Positions 39,865 through 50,629 are shown, numbered from the stretch's first letter. The stretch: 64,000 nucleotides of DNA from a virus (IMGVR_UViG_3300042114_000045:1-64000); one strand, 5' to 3'. The notes: generated by a model from the letters alone, not told the origin. Numbers and translations are program-made.

Positions 39865-41769
39865 TTAAGTAGCGTATCCTTGTATCTCAACCGTCTCAAC
39901 TCGTACTTCCCAGTAGATAACTTCTGTACCACCACTAGCACACTCAACTTTCAAACCTCCAAGAGTTGTATCTGCACTTATAGCTAAACTACAAGGCAAA
40001 GTACCACCTAGTACAGTAACAGTGTTACCAACTATAGTAGTGGATGCAACATCAGCTCCTATAACCAAAATACCTTTAACCTCAAAAGCTTTAACATTAG
40101 CTTCGGTAGTATCTGATCCAGCCTGTTTAGCTAACACGGTTAGTCTATACGTCGCAGCAGAGCTGAAAACAGCTAAGGAAAATATATTTTTACTACCAAC
40201 GTTAATATTAGGACTTCCAGCATCAGCAGTAGCCACTACTGCAGTCGTACTGGTACTTCTAGCTCTTAACAACACAGTCGTAGTTTGCATAGGGGTAACA
40301 CAACTATTATGGTAGTTACCACTAGAATGAGATATACTTCCTATAGTACTAGCAGCAGTACTCCTACCAATAGCTGTAGAAGCATAACCGCTAGCGATAG
40401 TATTGATACCCATAGCCGTAGAATTACATCCAGTAGCACAAGTATTATAACCAATAGCTGTAGAGTAATTTCCAATAGCTGTAACGCATGTACCTAACGC
40501 AATTGAACCTTCAGCACAAGCGCAACTAACGTAACCTATAGCAATAGCACCAGCACCATTAGAGATAGTACCACCACCTCCAATAGCCAAACCATACATA
40601 CATGATACTGCGTTGGTACCGATTGCTATTGAGTAATCGCCTGCCGTAATGGATGAACCGAGTGCTATACTAGAAACCCCAGCTATTGTGGTGTTACCCA
40701 TAGCTATACCAAAATCACCAGTTCTAGTATGCGCCCCTGCTGTAAAAGAGTAACAACCTACAGCACCATAGTAACACGTTGCTGTAGAACTAAAACTTAA
40801 ATCTACTGACGAGGTACCAATAGTACCGTAGTTATTAGGATTAACTGCTCTATAGTAAGTACCATATCCTGAATTAATTACGCATAAGCCTGGAGTTCCA
40901 CCACTTGTAGGTATAGCCCAGCTAGCTAACCCATTAGTATCTGATACCAGTACCTTACCTGCTCCTTGAGTTCCGTCTATTATCTTAATCTGTTTAGTAC
41001 AAGTCATACCATTACAGTCTATGGAAAAATGAACATTATAGTCATCTGTTATATTATACTTACTATCAGTACCATATCCAACTGCAAATATCTTATTAGA
41101 TGTACATCCAATTTGTGTACCGCTACCAAACGCCGAGCTCTTACATCCCCTATTAATAACATCATATCCTGTACTAAACGACATATCACCAACAGAACAT
41201 GAGTTATACCCAATAGCTATAGAGCTAAACCCTATAGCCTTTGTACCACTACCAAAAGCAGAAGAATAATTACCAACTGCTGAAGTATAAGCACCAGTAG
41301 CAAACGATGCAATACCAGAACCGTAGTTTTGAATACCAATTGCTGTTGCGAAACATCCTGTCACTTGGTGTTGACACCCAATAGCAGTAGAATAGCAGTT
41401 ATTAACAAAATTGCAGAAACCTATGGCAGTAGAGTACGCACAAAGTGATCTATTGCACAAACCAAATGCTATGGAATAGTCGCCACTTGAAATTGAACAA
41501 ATACCGAAATTTACAGAACCTTTACCTGGAGTTGGGTATGAATTGTTATTTGTATCTAGTGTATGTATACTACTGCTATTTAATATAAAGGCGCTATCAG
41601 TATGTAAGTTACCTAGTACAATAGTTTTACTAGATTTTCCTGCTGAAGGCAGTAAATCCACAGTATTACAAGAAATTTGTTTACCAGATACTTCGTATAA
41701 ACAACTAGTTGTAGCTGCACTATACAATGAGTCATACCTACCAAAACTTTCCTCAATACCGTAATTCAT
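39865..41769 (-). CDS. Tail fibre with YadA-head-like repeats, Cys-rich
   Basis: Two blocks of S.AIG....A.G repeats; shares modules with 35371..36693. Confidence 0.75.
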   Translation of the reverse strand: MNYGIEESFGRYDSLYSAATTSCLYEVSGKQISCNTVDLLPSAGKSSKTIVLGNLHTDSAFILNSSSIHTLDTNNNSYPTPGKGSVNFGICSISSGDYSIAFGLCNRSLCAYSTAIGFCNFVNNCYSTAIGCQHQVTGCFATAIGIQNYGSGIASFATGAYTSAVGNYSSAFGSGTKAIGFSSIAIGYNSCSVGDMSFSTGYDVINRGCKSSAFGSGTQIGCTSNKIFAVGYGTDSKYNITDDYNVHFSIDCNGMTCTKQIKIIDGTQGAGKVLVSDTNGLASWAIPTSGGTPGLCVINSGYGTYYRAVNPNNYGTIGTSSVDLSFSSTATCYYGAVGCYSFTAGAHTRTGDFGIAMGNTTIAGVSSIALGSSITAGDYSIAIGTNAVSCMYGLAIGGGGTISNGAGAIAIGYVSCACAEGSIALGTCVTAIGNYSTAIGYNTCATGCNSTAMGINTIASGYASTAIGRSTAASTIGSISHSSGNYHNSCVTPMQTTTVLLRARSTSTTAVVATADAGSPNINVGSKNIFSLAVFSSAATYRLTVLAKQAGSDTTEANVKAFEVKGILVIGADVASTTIVGNTVTVLGGTLPCSLAISADTTLGGLKVECASGGTEVIYWEVRVETVEIQGYAT

Positions 41770-42149
41770 AGGTCACCACCTCTGGTAACGATACAATTGA
41801 TAGTCTGTGTAGTAGTAATTCCTACTTTAATCTTCCATCCAGATTTTAGAATTATACCTAAATTAGTAAACTGCTGTTTCCATGCTACGGCAGTTGTACT
41901 AGCAGTAATAGCAGTAGTTGCCATTTCTAGTATAAGTCTCGTGTAAGTACCATCATATATGAAAAGTGTTATCACACCAGCCACTGAGTTACCTGTAGCA
42001 CTAAACATTATGTCATCTACCCTAGTTCCATTTGCACCTGCAGTTATTAAGTCTACCAAAGTTCCTGTACCGTCTCTAGCCGTATTAGCCGTAGTTACTT
42101 GACACATTGCTGTACAAGGTGTTGCTGCGTATTGTGGTGCTGCTGCCAT
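41766..42149 (-). CDS. Tail-associated protein
   Basis: MA..PQY.ATP.......TAN..RDGTGT.....AGANG.R motif seen in phage fibre clusters. Confidence 0.55.
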   Translation of the reverse strand: MAAAPQYAATPCTAMCQVTTANTARDGTGTLVDLITAGANGTRVDDIMFSATGNSVAGVITLFIYDGTYTRLILEMATTAITASTTAVAWKQQFTNLGIILKSGWKIKVGITTTQTINCIVTRGGDL

Positions 42150-42150
42150 A

Positions 42151-42393
42151 TTATATTACCCCTCTTTGTATTTCAAATTTATGATTCACGGAACTTCCCA
42201 CACCACCTGAATTAGTTCCTGGTACCCAAGTACTAGTTGCTATATCCCAAACTAATATATTACCATCTGCAATACCAGTAGTATTAACGTCTCTTAAATC
42301 TGTTAGATTTTTATATAAAAAACTACAACCATCTGACCCAATAATATCAGATGAATTGCTAAGTTGTAATGTATCACAGACTTGTATAGCCAT
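42151..42393 (-). CDS. Small fibre protein
   Basis: L.DL.DV.......G..LVW......W.PG motif. Confidence 0.55.
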   Translation of the reverse strand: MAIQVCDTLQLSNSSDIIGSDGCSFLYKNLTDLRDVNTTGIADGNILVWDIATSTWVPGTNSGGVGSSVNHKFEIQRGVI

Positions 42394-42397
42394 CTAC

Positions 42398-43186
42398 TTA
42401 TCCGATAATAACAACAGTATATGAGTTTGCACCTAGTACAGCAGAAAACTCTAATGTAATTGTATTAGCATCTGTGTGATTTATATTACACATTACCTCA
42501 TCACCAGAAGCTGTGTACACTCTTGTATGTACGTAGTTAGATCCTAAATTATGTACAATAGGAAATGATGAAGCATTACCTGTAATTGTAGTTTGGTGTT
42601 TTTTAACAGACCATACAGAATTTTTTAGTTTTAATGGTGTAATAGCTCTAACGTCGTCAGTACCAGTGTTAACTTCTGATTGCGTTGCAACTTCTAAAAC
42701 CCCAGCAGTCTCTTCAGTAGCTGAAGGTGTAGTAGCCATAAACGCAGTCCATGTAACACTATCAGTATCAAGTACGAAGTTAGTATTTGTTTGTCTATAC
42801 GTATTACCTGTGTATGTACCTTCTTCAACAGTAACAATAGCTTGTTCAAGACTATTAACACTATTGGCATCAGTAGACCTAGTAGTCGTAATAGAATCCC
42901 CATTAAATACATATATACCATTACTTTTTGGGGTAGTTTGTCCCATTAATAAAAGTCTATCTCCAACAGATAATGTTATACCGTCTAATTGACTTCCTGG
43001 TGCTGCTAAGTTAACATTACTAGCTACAGCTACTCTTACAGCATCTTTCCATGAAATACCTCCTGCAATAATACTATCTAAATCTTGTAACCTTACAGGT
43101 TCAGTAGAACTGCCTGGAGCAGGTAGGTTAATAATTTTTGAGGTAGACCCCATGTCAAACGTTTGTCTTACTTGTATATTTGCCAT
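42398..43186 (-). CDS. Tail fibre protein
   Basis: WK.AVRVA....L......DG..L..GDR.LL..QT....NGIY, ATE..AG..E.ATQ.EV..GTDD, HNLG. Confidence 0.7.
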   Translation of the reverse strand: MANIQVRQTFDMGSTSKIINLPAPGSSTEPVRLQDLDSIIAGGISWKDAVRVAVASNVNLAAPGSQLDGITLSVGDRLLLMGQTTPKSNGIYVFNGDSITTTRSTDANSVNSLEQAIVTVEEGTYTGNTYRQTNTNFVLDTDSVTWTAFMATTPSATEETAGVLEVATQSEVNTGTDDVRAITPLKLKNSVWSVKKHQTTITGNASSFPIVHNLGSNYVHTRVYTASGDEVMCNINHTDANTITLEFSAVLGANSYTVVIIG

Positions 43187-43198
43187 ACTTTTCCTTTT

Positions 43199-46144
43199 TT
43201 ATTGGTACACTATATACCCTGATTCATAATTACTAAATTCTACCACAAACCTGTTTAAGTCAAGCTGAATTGTTGAGGTAAACATTTGTACACCACCAGT
43301 AGTATAAACAGAAACAGTTGGTATTCTACCTCTATTATGTACTACATTAACTACGTTGACGTTGCTAAACACTTCTGTTACAGGTTCATATATCGTAGGT
43401 TTATTGAGAATAATGGGACTATTATTAGTACCAGTATTACACCAATCAATTTCTATTCTTTTTGAACACCACTTATTAACAGTTGAGTCCCACATTAAAG
43501 TATCATCATTACATACACCGGTTACAACTACATCGGTTAAATCATTTAGTGTATTATAAGAACAAACATCAACTGAACTGCTTGTGTTATTAATACCATC
43601 ACATAATGTTATCACGTTATTACACGATGTAATACATGAGTTGTACATACCAGTCTTTAGTGTATTACATACACCGATAACGCATGAAACTAGATTACTA
43701 AGACATGTTGTGCATCCATTAATTGCAGCTACTTGAACTTCCAAACTAGACGCTGCATCAACAGCAGCGACACCGGCAGCAATTGCATTACTTATATCAA
43801 CTTCAGTATTTTGAACTAAACTAGTAAGACAACTATTAATATTGTCAATACAACTCTTAGAACTAATAACACACGACTGAAGACTTTGTACACAATCTCT
43901 GGCGGTAGTTATATATGCACAGGTAGTAGCAATACTGGTAGCAGCATTACCAACAGCGCAAGACATAGTAGTTATATCATTACACATAGTAGTAATACAA
44001 TCTGCAGCGTTTAAAGCATTAGTACCGTAGCTTTGTGAAACAGTAGCCCAGTGTAAAGCACTGTATCTATCATTAACACCATCATTACATATAATCTGGT
44101 TATACGGAGTCTCTGCCCATAAACAAGCAGTTCCAGCACCGTTAGTGTAGTCATCAATAAGTGTATTAACAAATGCTTGAATACAACTACATTCGGTTTC
44201 TGTAAATGCATCAATTTCTAAACACTTATTTATTGTAACATTATCCAATGTAGTACAGGCTGCTGCCATACAGTTGTCGATAGTTGTAACAATACCAGTA
44301 ACACATAATATTTTATCGTTAGCAGCAGTCACCATATTAGAACATATCGATCTACTTAGGTCATAATAACACTTAGCAGAGTAGTAGCCGCAAGTGTCCG
44401 TTCCAACACCACTTGCATACCAAGCTGCGCAGTCTCTATACCCTATTGTGGCGTTCTTTATAGTATTTACACATGCTATAGAATTTGTTATCTCAGGAAT
44501 ATATACATCCACTAACGAGTTATAAACTGTATTAACGCAAGAGAATTCACTTGACGCAGTTTGTAATAACCCTTCTGTACAAGTAATGTATGAATCTACG
44601 TTTACCATTGCTGCTATACCGTTAGTAAAATCAGTTTCTGTACCTACAAACCCACCATCAGTTGCATATTGAAAAGCACTCTTACCGTTATGAACGCAGA
44701 ATTGACCAGCAGTCACACCAGTAGATAGTAGTACACTATAGATGTCACAAGAGTCTGCACTCAGTTTTGGTTTACCTAAATATGTACTATTATAGCAAGC
44801 CTGTGCAATACCAATCCCGCGTAAATCACCTGTAGTATAACTACTACCGTCACTAAAATTCCATTTGTATCTTCCATCAGTACAGGCATCTGTACTAAGC
44901 ATACATATACCTTTACCGTGGCATAGTGTTGTTGTAAAAACAGAACCATTAGTTAAAAAGAATTTAACATCATCAACTTTGTTACCAAAAGTATCTAAAC
45001 ATCTGCACGTTTGTGTGATATTATTTACGCTAGCACCGTTAACCCCGTTAAATACTTCATAACAATGTGCGTATCCATTATCGAATGTCATTTTATAGCA
45101 AGTACCGTTCTGAGAGCTACTTAATACAGAAACACACTGTACTTTACCACCATCTAAAGGTCTATAAATATTAAAATCAAAACTAGGACAGTTACGACTA
45201 AAGTTTATTCTATACTTATCAAAACTTCCGCCAATACCACTGCATATTTGTTGGATACAAGTAATACCTGCACCTTGTGCTATATCGAAGCTAGTAACGC
45301 CACCATTATGTAAGCAGATATTATACCTATCAACACCAACAGGTACGCCAGATGTTGCTGGTACTATACAAGATATACCTGTACCATTTTGTACATTAAA
45401 TGTACTAGTTTGCCCATCACCCATAGTAATAGTATACGTATCTAAACTACCTAAACAACCAGTACCACCAGTTCTTAGTACTGATGCAATACCATTACCG
45501 TTTGTTACACATATATCATCACTTGTAGTACCATCTGTGTAACAAGTTCTATAGATTGAGGTACCACCTTCAGCAGTACTGATACTAACTGGAGCTAAAC
45601 AACTAACACCTCTACCAGTTGCACCTCTTAAACTATTAGTTTTAAAAGTACATCCGTCACTAAAGTGCCAAGTGTATGAATAGTCAGGATTTTCTGTACT
45701 GTCAACTAGACAAACGTGTCTACCGTTACACACGGTAAAAGGTAGTAGACAGTTACTTGTAGTGCATAGTGAATAAACATTTGATTCTACACCAAAACTA
45801 GTAGGAACTATACCACATATACTATCACCTTTGTCTCCACATAGGTTACTAGTTGTATAAGAAGTACCTTCACTGAAATTCCATGTATATGTACCGTCAT
45901 TATTATCAACGATACAAGACATTTTAACGTCAAGTCCATTATGAACAGTAAAACAAGCATTATTACCACTAGTTAGGTTAATTCTATATGTATCTACGGT
46001 ACCAATAGCCGGAGTTTCACCTGAAACCCGTACAATACCAGTAATACTATCACCTTTGATACCAGAAATACACGAAGTAGTACCGTCATCATAGTGAAAT
46101 ATAATACCAGTAGTATCCGTAGTTACATTACATACATTAGCCAT
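43199..46144 (-). CDS. Long Cys-rich tail fibre
   Basis: G.GI.S........DTY.I...DG....F.V.NG repeats, GKSA...A..GGF.GTE..F, coiled coil; about 65 Cys in 981 aa by hand count. Confidence 0.75.
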   Translation of the reverse strand: MANVCNVTTDTTGIIFHYDDGTTSCISGIKGDSITGIVRVSGETPAIGTVDTYRINLTSGNNACFTVHNGLDVKMSCIVDNNDGTYTWNFSEGTSYTTSNLCGDKGDSICGIVPTSFGVESNVYSLCTTSNCLLPFTVCNGRHVCLVDSTENPDYSYTWHFSDGCTFKTNSLRGATGRGVSCLAPVSISTAEGGTSIYRTCYTDGTTSDDICVTNGNGIASVLRTGGTGCLGSLDTYTITMGDGQTSTFNVQNGTGISCIVPATSGVPVGVDRYNICLHNGGVTSFDIAQGAGITCIQQICSGIGGSFDKYRINFSRNCPSFDFNIYRPLDGGKVQCVSVLSSSQNGTCYKMTFDNGYAHCYEVFNGVNGASVNNITQTCRCLDTFGNKVDDVKFFLTNGSVFTTTLCHGKGICMLSTDACTDGRYKWNFSDGSSYTTGDLRGIGIAQACYNSTYLGKPKLSADSCDIYSVLLSTGVTAGQFCVHNGKSAFQYATDGGFVGTETDFTNGIAAMVNVDSYITCTEGLLQTASSEFSCVNTVYNSLVDVYIPEITNSIACVNTIKNATIGYRDCAAWYASGVGTDTCGYYSAKCYYDLSRSICSNMVTAANDKILCVTGIVTTIDNCMAAACTTLDNVTINKCLEIDAFTETECSCIQAFVNTLIDDYTNGAGTACLWAETPYNQIICNDGVNDRYSALHWATVSQSYGTNALNAADCITTMCNDITTMSCAVGNAATSIATTCAYITTARDCVQSLQSCVISSKSCIDNINSCLTSLVQNTEVDISNAIAAGVAAVDAASSLEVQVAAINGCTTCLSNLVSCVIGVCNTLKTGMYNSCITSCNNVITLCDGINNTSSSVDVCSYNTLNDLTDVVVTGVCNDDTLMWDSTVNKWCSKRIEIDWCNTGTNNSPIILNKPTIYEPVTEVFSNVNVVNVVHNRGRIPTVSVYTTGGVQMFTSTIQLDLNRFVVEFSNYESGYIVYQ

Positions 46145-46153
46145 TCATAATCC

Positions 46154-46843
46154 TTATGATATTGTGTAAGAAAATGCACTGAATCCTTTTGGAAGAGTAC
46201 CAAATCCTTTTAAATCTACATCTCTTGTAGTATTATCGCCAGGTATTAAACCTTTTGCCTCTATTTCATCACAAGACATCTTAAATCTCATTAAATGTGT
46301 ATTATTTTCACCATCAATGTTACCGTCAACACTACCGTGAGCTCTGTAACCTACATAATGCATCAACGGTTCCATTAAAAATCTAGGAATTTCAACACTA
46401 TAAGACTCATCAGCGTCTAAAGGTATTTCAACTGGCATAGTACAGAATGTAACTACGAATTGTGTTACATCTTTTTGTACTTCTTTTACTTGCATTGTGT
46501 CATACGTCGGGAAATATGCAGTATATTTATCAGCGTAGTTATTAATAGAAACTTCATTTCCTAAATTATCAACAATCCTAATTATTCTACTAAATTCTCT
46601 CTTATTATAGGTAGCTTTAACTACTCCAGACAGTACATCAGCACTACCTTTGTTAAGTGTGTAGATAGTTTTACCTGGTACTAGATCAATAACTGCTTCT
46701 TGTACATTTAATACAAATCTATCATGTATGGCAACGATAGCCATATTTATAAAATCAATAATAACGTTATCAGGTTTATCTTTTGCCGATAATCCCTTTA
46801 ACTCTCCGTTTCTTGCTGTGTTTAATATACTACTTAGTTTCAT
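46154..46843 (-). CDS. Head-tail adaptor (N4 gp67-like)
   Basis: GEL.......I..IN.A...I..RF.L...E, EPL..YVGYRAH; follows the terminase gene. Confidence 0.65.
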   Translation of the reverse strand: MKLSSILNTARNGELKGLSAKDKPDNVIIDFINMAIVAIHDRFVLNVQEAVIDLVPGKTIYTLNKGSADVLSGVVKATYNKREFSRIIRIVDNLGNEVSINNYADKYTAYFPTYDTMQVKEVQKDVTQFVVTFCTMPVEIPLDADESYSVEIPRFLMEPLMHYVGYRAHGSVDGNIDGENNTHLMRFKMSCDEIEAKGLIPGDNTTRDVDLKGFGTLPKGFSAFSYTIS

Positions 46844-46882
46844 GTGTACCCCTCAATTATGGGATATTTTACTGTAAATCAC

Positions 46883-48565
46883 CTAAAATACAACTGAAGA
46901 CATCCTATTCTCTTCATCTCTATCAGGTGTTTGCCATTCATCACCCCACATAGTACCAATATGTACAACATTTGGATCTTCTATAACTTCTATACTAGGT
47001 CTATAAGCCTCAATCTCACTAAGCATTGATATAGTATCAGCAATATCATCGTGTTTAGACTTAAAACCTTTCTTAGAGACATTGCGTAGTTCCTCTTCTA
47101 GTTCATTCATATAAGCTTCTTCCTTCATTTCTTCAGGGAACCATATCTTTTTCTGTTTAAACAACGGTAATACCTGGTTGAATCTAGTTAATTTATCACC
47201 AATTGGTCTAATTCCAGGTGCATTACCATTACTCTTACCGACTGCTAAGTTAAAGAATATATTTCGTCTTATCATTTCTTGGTTAATCCAACTTATAAAC
47301 CCACCTTGTTGACCAGTAACCTCTATACCTACGCTCAATGGTTTGTACATACTTACCATTCTAAATAGATCATTTATATTTGTATCCATTAGTTGCTGTT
47401 TACATATACCATCAACCAACATCCAGTCACCATTATTAGTGTATGCCCATACAGATATAACACTAAAGTCAGCACCTTTCTTACTCGAGGTAGCAAAGTC
47501 CGTAGTTATATAATAATTGTACGCGTACTTGTTCTTAATTATATCAGATCTTTTATACCATACAACATCACTATCTTGAATCAATCTATCTTCCTCAGAC
47601 ATAATTCTTAGCATAAGCTCTTGGTAGAAGTTTTCTGGTTTATTAAGTGCAATAGCCTCATCATACTCAGCTTTAACATACTCGTATGTAAACCTATCTT
47701 CCCAACTACCTCTAAACTCTTCTCTAGGACAAGGAAACCTCTCACAAACAGGAAACACTGATACAGTCCAAGCACCACTCTCAACAGCTCTGTACAATGG
47801 ATCTCTTGCATTAAACGGTGTACCGATAAAAATCATCTTCTGTTTAGTAGGATGTAACGCTTTAGACACAGCCTTATAGATAGTATTTTCAATAGTTTCA
47901 ATAATGGTAGCAGATCTAGCAGCATCATCACTAATAAGGTCATCCAGAATAGCTACTGTAGGTCTTATACCCATCTCTTTAGCTCCCCTTACCCCAGTTT
48001 GTGCTCCATATCCTTTAACAACCGTTCTATGACCTTTTGTGTTCATAAACTCTAAACGAATATCAGTAAACTTTCTACCACCAGAAGTCTGATTTTCGTA
48101 TTCGTCTAAGTCAACAAATCCAGCACCATCTGTACCTACAGTTATTTTCTGGTTAGGAATTAGTTGCTTTAAAAACTCACTCTCTTGGTATCTATATTCA
48201 ACGTTTCTTCTTAAGTTTTTTACTCCATTTTCAATACTATCGGTTACATATAACATAAGACTAACTTTACCAAAACCTGGTAGATAACCAAATGCGGCAA
48301 CAAACAATATTAAGTACTCGGCAAACAACGTAGTTTTACCGATACCCCTATGACACATAATAGCACAACGTCTATCTTCATTAAATACTCTCTCCATCAT
48401 AACTAAGTGTACAGGTGGAGTTTCATTCTCTTCACTACCGCCATTTACAGCTTTGATAAAGTTTACAAACCTTAGTGCATCATCAATAGGCATATAGCCT
48501 TTAAACTCATAATCTACGTTGTTAAGGTATTCCTCAACCGTAGTTGCTTTACTTCTCTCTATCAT
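46883..48565 (-). CDS. terL: Terminase large subunit
   Basis: Walker A HRGIGKTT, GAQTGVRG, Walker B ILDDL, IGTP, nuclease motifs TTDFA and HDD..D. Confidence 0.93.
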   Translation of the reverse strand: MIERSKATTVEEYLNNVDYEFKGYMPIDDALRFVNFIKAVNGGSEENETPPVHLVMMERVFNEDRRCAIMCHRGIGKTTLFAEYLILFVAAFGYLPGFGKVSLMLYVTDSIENGVKNLRRNVEYRYQESEFLKQLIPNQKITVGTDGAGFVDLDEYENQTSGGRKFTDIRLEFMNTKGHRTVVKGYGAQTGVRGAKEMGIRPTVAILDDLISDDAARSATIIETIENTIYKAVSKALHPTKQKMIFIGTPFNARDPLYRAVESGAWTVSVFPVCERFPCPREEFRGSWEDRFTYEYVKAEYDEAIALNKPENFYQELMLRIMSEEDRLIQDSDVVWYKRSDIIKNKYAYNYYITTDFATSSKKGADFSVISVWAYTNNGDWMLVDGICKQQLMDTNINDLFRMVSMYKPLSVGIEVTGQQGGFISWINQEMIRRNIFFNLAVGKSNGNAPGIRPIGDKLTRFNQVLPLFKQKKIWFPEEMKEEAYMNELEEELRNVSKKGFKSKHDDIADTISMLSEIEAYRPSIEVIEDPNVVHIGTMWGDEWQTPDRDEENRMSSVVF

Positions 48566-49318
48566 CTATTTCTCCTCAATCTCAGCATCTTCATAATCAA
48601 CTGCAGTATGTACAATAGCTACGTTGGCTATCGCCTTAAGGTCTCCACCAGCGGCAATCTGGTCTTTCTGTGTAGACACTAGTTGATTAATCATAGCTTC
48701 ATACTTATCAATCATATTCTCTTGTTTAACACCAATATCAAGTTCAACTTTAATGTTCTCAGGTGGTTTAACGTGAGTCAATAACTTATCGGCAGCAGCA
48801 ATCCTATCCTTACTATACATTGCAGTATGCATCTCCGTAGCTAGTACACTTACAGCTTGGTATCTTGCACCTTGAAACATAAGATACAATGGCATATCAG
48901 CCATAATAAGTATATCTTTAACCATAGGAGTTTTTCTGTACCTACTAGCTGCAAATGTTAGTTCTTTATATCCAGATGAATCACTAGGTAACTCCATTCT
49001 TTCTCTAACAAAGTCTTCGTGACATCTAGCTTTTATATAAGCTTGTGTATAATTATCTTCAGTAGACTCCAAATAAGCACAAAATCTAAGAGCATTAATA
49101 TACTCTTGCATACTAGCACTATTCTTAGTCATAACATCTCTGTACGTAATCATCTGGTTAATAAATTCATCACCATTAAACTCTGGGTCACTATTAGCTC
49201 TATTGATTAATGCAACAGTGTTCTCATCAATTGTCTTAGCTTTACTAGGGAACTTTTCTTTAAGGAATTGTTCCGTCACTACATTTTTAGTTTTACAAAC
49301 TATACCTAACCCAGCCAT
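48566..49318 (-). CDS. Terminase small subunit (N4 gp69-like)
   Basis: Y.NA..F......G/Y..AY, AA..LL.H.KPPE motif; directly upstream of terL. Confidence 0.7.
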   Translation of the reverse strand: MAGLGIVCKTKNVVTEQFLKEKFPSKAKTIDENTVALINRANSDPEFNGDEFINQMITYRDVMTKNSASMQEYINALRFCAYLESTEDNYTQAYIKARCHEDFVRERMELPSDSSGYKELTFAASRYRKTPMVKDILIMADMPLYLMFQGARYQAVSVLATEMHTAMYSKDRIAAADKLLTHVKPPENIKVELDIGVKQENMIDKYEAMINQLVSTQKDQIAAGGDLKAIANVAIVHTAVDYEDAEIEEK

Positions 49319-49461
49319 TATTTTTTCCTATTATGTAATTCAATGAAGTCATCGCATAAATGTTCAATAGCATCACCTAGTGTTTTCACACCAAGTATTG
49401 CTTGAACCATACGTAGTTTTCTATGAATTCCGTCAAGAATCTTTATAGTTACTTTTAACAT
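49318..49461 (-). CDS. Small ribbon-helix-helix-like DNA-binding protein
   Basis: MLKVTIKILDGIHRKL......G.KTL.D.IE.L; GAGGAGG SD before the ATG at 49461. Confidence 0.5.
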   Translation of the reverse strand: MLKVTIKILDGIHRKLRMVQAILGVKTLGDAIEHLCDDFIELHNRKK

Positions 49462-49462
49462 A

Positions 49463-50608
49463 TCAACCTCCTCTTCTAACATTATAGGTAATTCTTGTAT
49501 CTTCACCATACTCTCTATCATACACAATACACTTCATAGTTCCTGCATTTCTACCAAATCCAGCATCAGCTGCCCAAGCATTTAAAGGTGCAATATTTCT
49601 ATGACTCTCAGCTTTACAAAGTCTACCATCATATATAGCATCTTTATGGATATGACCAAAATGGAAATACCTCTCTTTAGTAGTACTCCAGTTAGCTTCA
49701 TTATGCATCGCCATAACTTCTCCAGAATGGCCCATCTTTAATCCATCACCATGTGCAAAACCTAACAACGTTCTACCAAATTGGTAGTATTTTTGTTTAG
49801 CAGGAGATTCATCAACTATAACACCTTCATCATTTCTAAACCATGCAGACACAAATGCAGTAATAGCATACCCAGTAGTTATATCGTGGTTACCACTTAT
49901 ATTAATAAACCTAACAGTATTATGTTTTGTTAAAGCTTTCTCAATAAAGTATCTCATACATTCCATAGCAACTTTCATTACCTTTGGATATCTTCCATCA
50001 GTATCTAGTATATGCCCACTCTTAGGTGTCATATTTTTAAGGTCATCTATCTCAGTTAAATCTCCAAGATCAACAACAATACATTCTTCAGTAGATGGAG
50101 CTCTCTCAACTAACTCATCAATAGCAAGTTTTAATTGAGTCTCAGCTATAGACAAATCCCAATCACTGTCCCTAGTTTCAGGACCCCACATTAACGCACC
50201 AATATGTACATCATTTGATATATAAACAGGAAGTAAATCAGTTCGTGTATTTTGTACTCTTGGTAACTGTACATGTGAAGATCTTAAAGAACCAAGTAGT
50301 TCTAATATGGCAGTCTTAGCTGCATCAGCTTTACTATTACCAGTCTCTTTAACCCATTGTAGTTTAACATTACCTTCTCCATCAACCAATGTAGATGTTC
50401 CAGTAGTTATAGCCATAGTTGGTTTAACACCAGAATACAAACTTAGTATATCTTCTCTTGTCTTATACAAATACCAGTTGTTAATTCCATACTTCAGTCT
50501 AACATTTCTAGTAGCTCTTTTTCTTTCTCTGGGATCGGCAATCATCAGTGCCTCTGCTACTTCTTTTAATTCTTCTTTACTCCAGTTATCGTATAACGCC
50601 ATGAGCAT
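49463..50608 (-). CDS. Calcineurin-like metallophosphoesterase
   Basis: D.HIG, LGD, GNHD, HGD, GH.H motifs. Confidence 0.8.
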   Translation of the reverse strand: MLMALYDNWSKEELKEVAEALMIADPRERKRATRNVRLKYGINNWYLYKTREDILSLYSGVKPTMAITTGTSTLVDGEGNVKLQWVKETGNSKADAAKTAILELLGSLRSSHVQLPRVQNTRTDLLPVYISNDVHIGALMWGPETRDSDWDLSIAETQLKLAIDELVERAPSTEECIVVDLGDLTEIDDLKNMTPKSGHILDTDGRYPKVMKVAMECMRYFIEKALTKHNTVRFINISGNHDITTGYAITAFVSAWFRNDEGVIVDESPAKQKYYQFGRTLLGFAHGDGLKMGHSGEVMAMHNEANWSTTKERYFHFGHIHKDAIYDGRLCKAESHRNIAPLNAWAADAGFGRNAGTMKCIVYDREYGEDTRITYNVRRGG

Positions 50609-50629
50609 CCTTTATTAGTAATTTTACTA

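Noticed and set aside
35371-41769. Diversity-generating retroelement TR/VR pair
   Set aside because: No reverse transcriptase in the window, and the differences between repeats are not adenine-specific.
17211-46144. Genetic-code reassignment of TGY as the cause of the Cys excess
   Set aside because: The HNH CxxC and lipobox Cys use the same codons normally, and the enrichment is confined to certain tail genes. All three stop codons are used and no suppressor tRNA is seen.
4834-49210. Many plus-strand ORFs in the track (e.g. 4834..5343, 6820..7293, 30186..30629)
   Set aside because: They are antisense shadows of long minus-strand genes, Leu/Ser/Phe-rich, with no SD or motifs.
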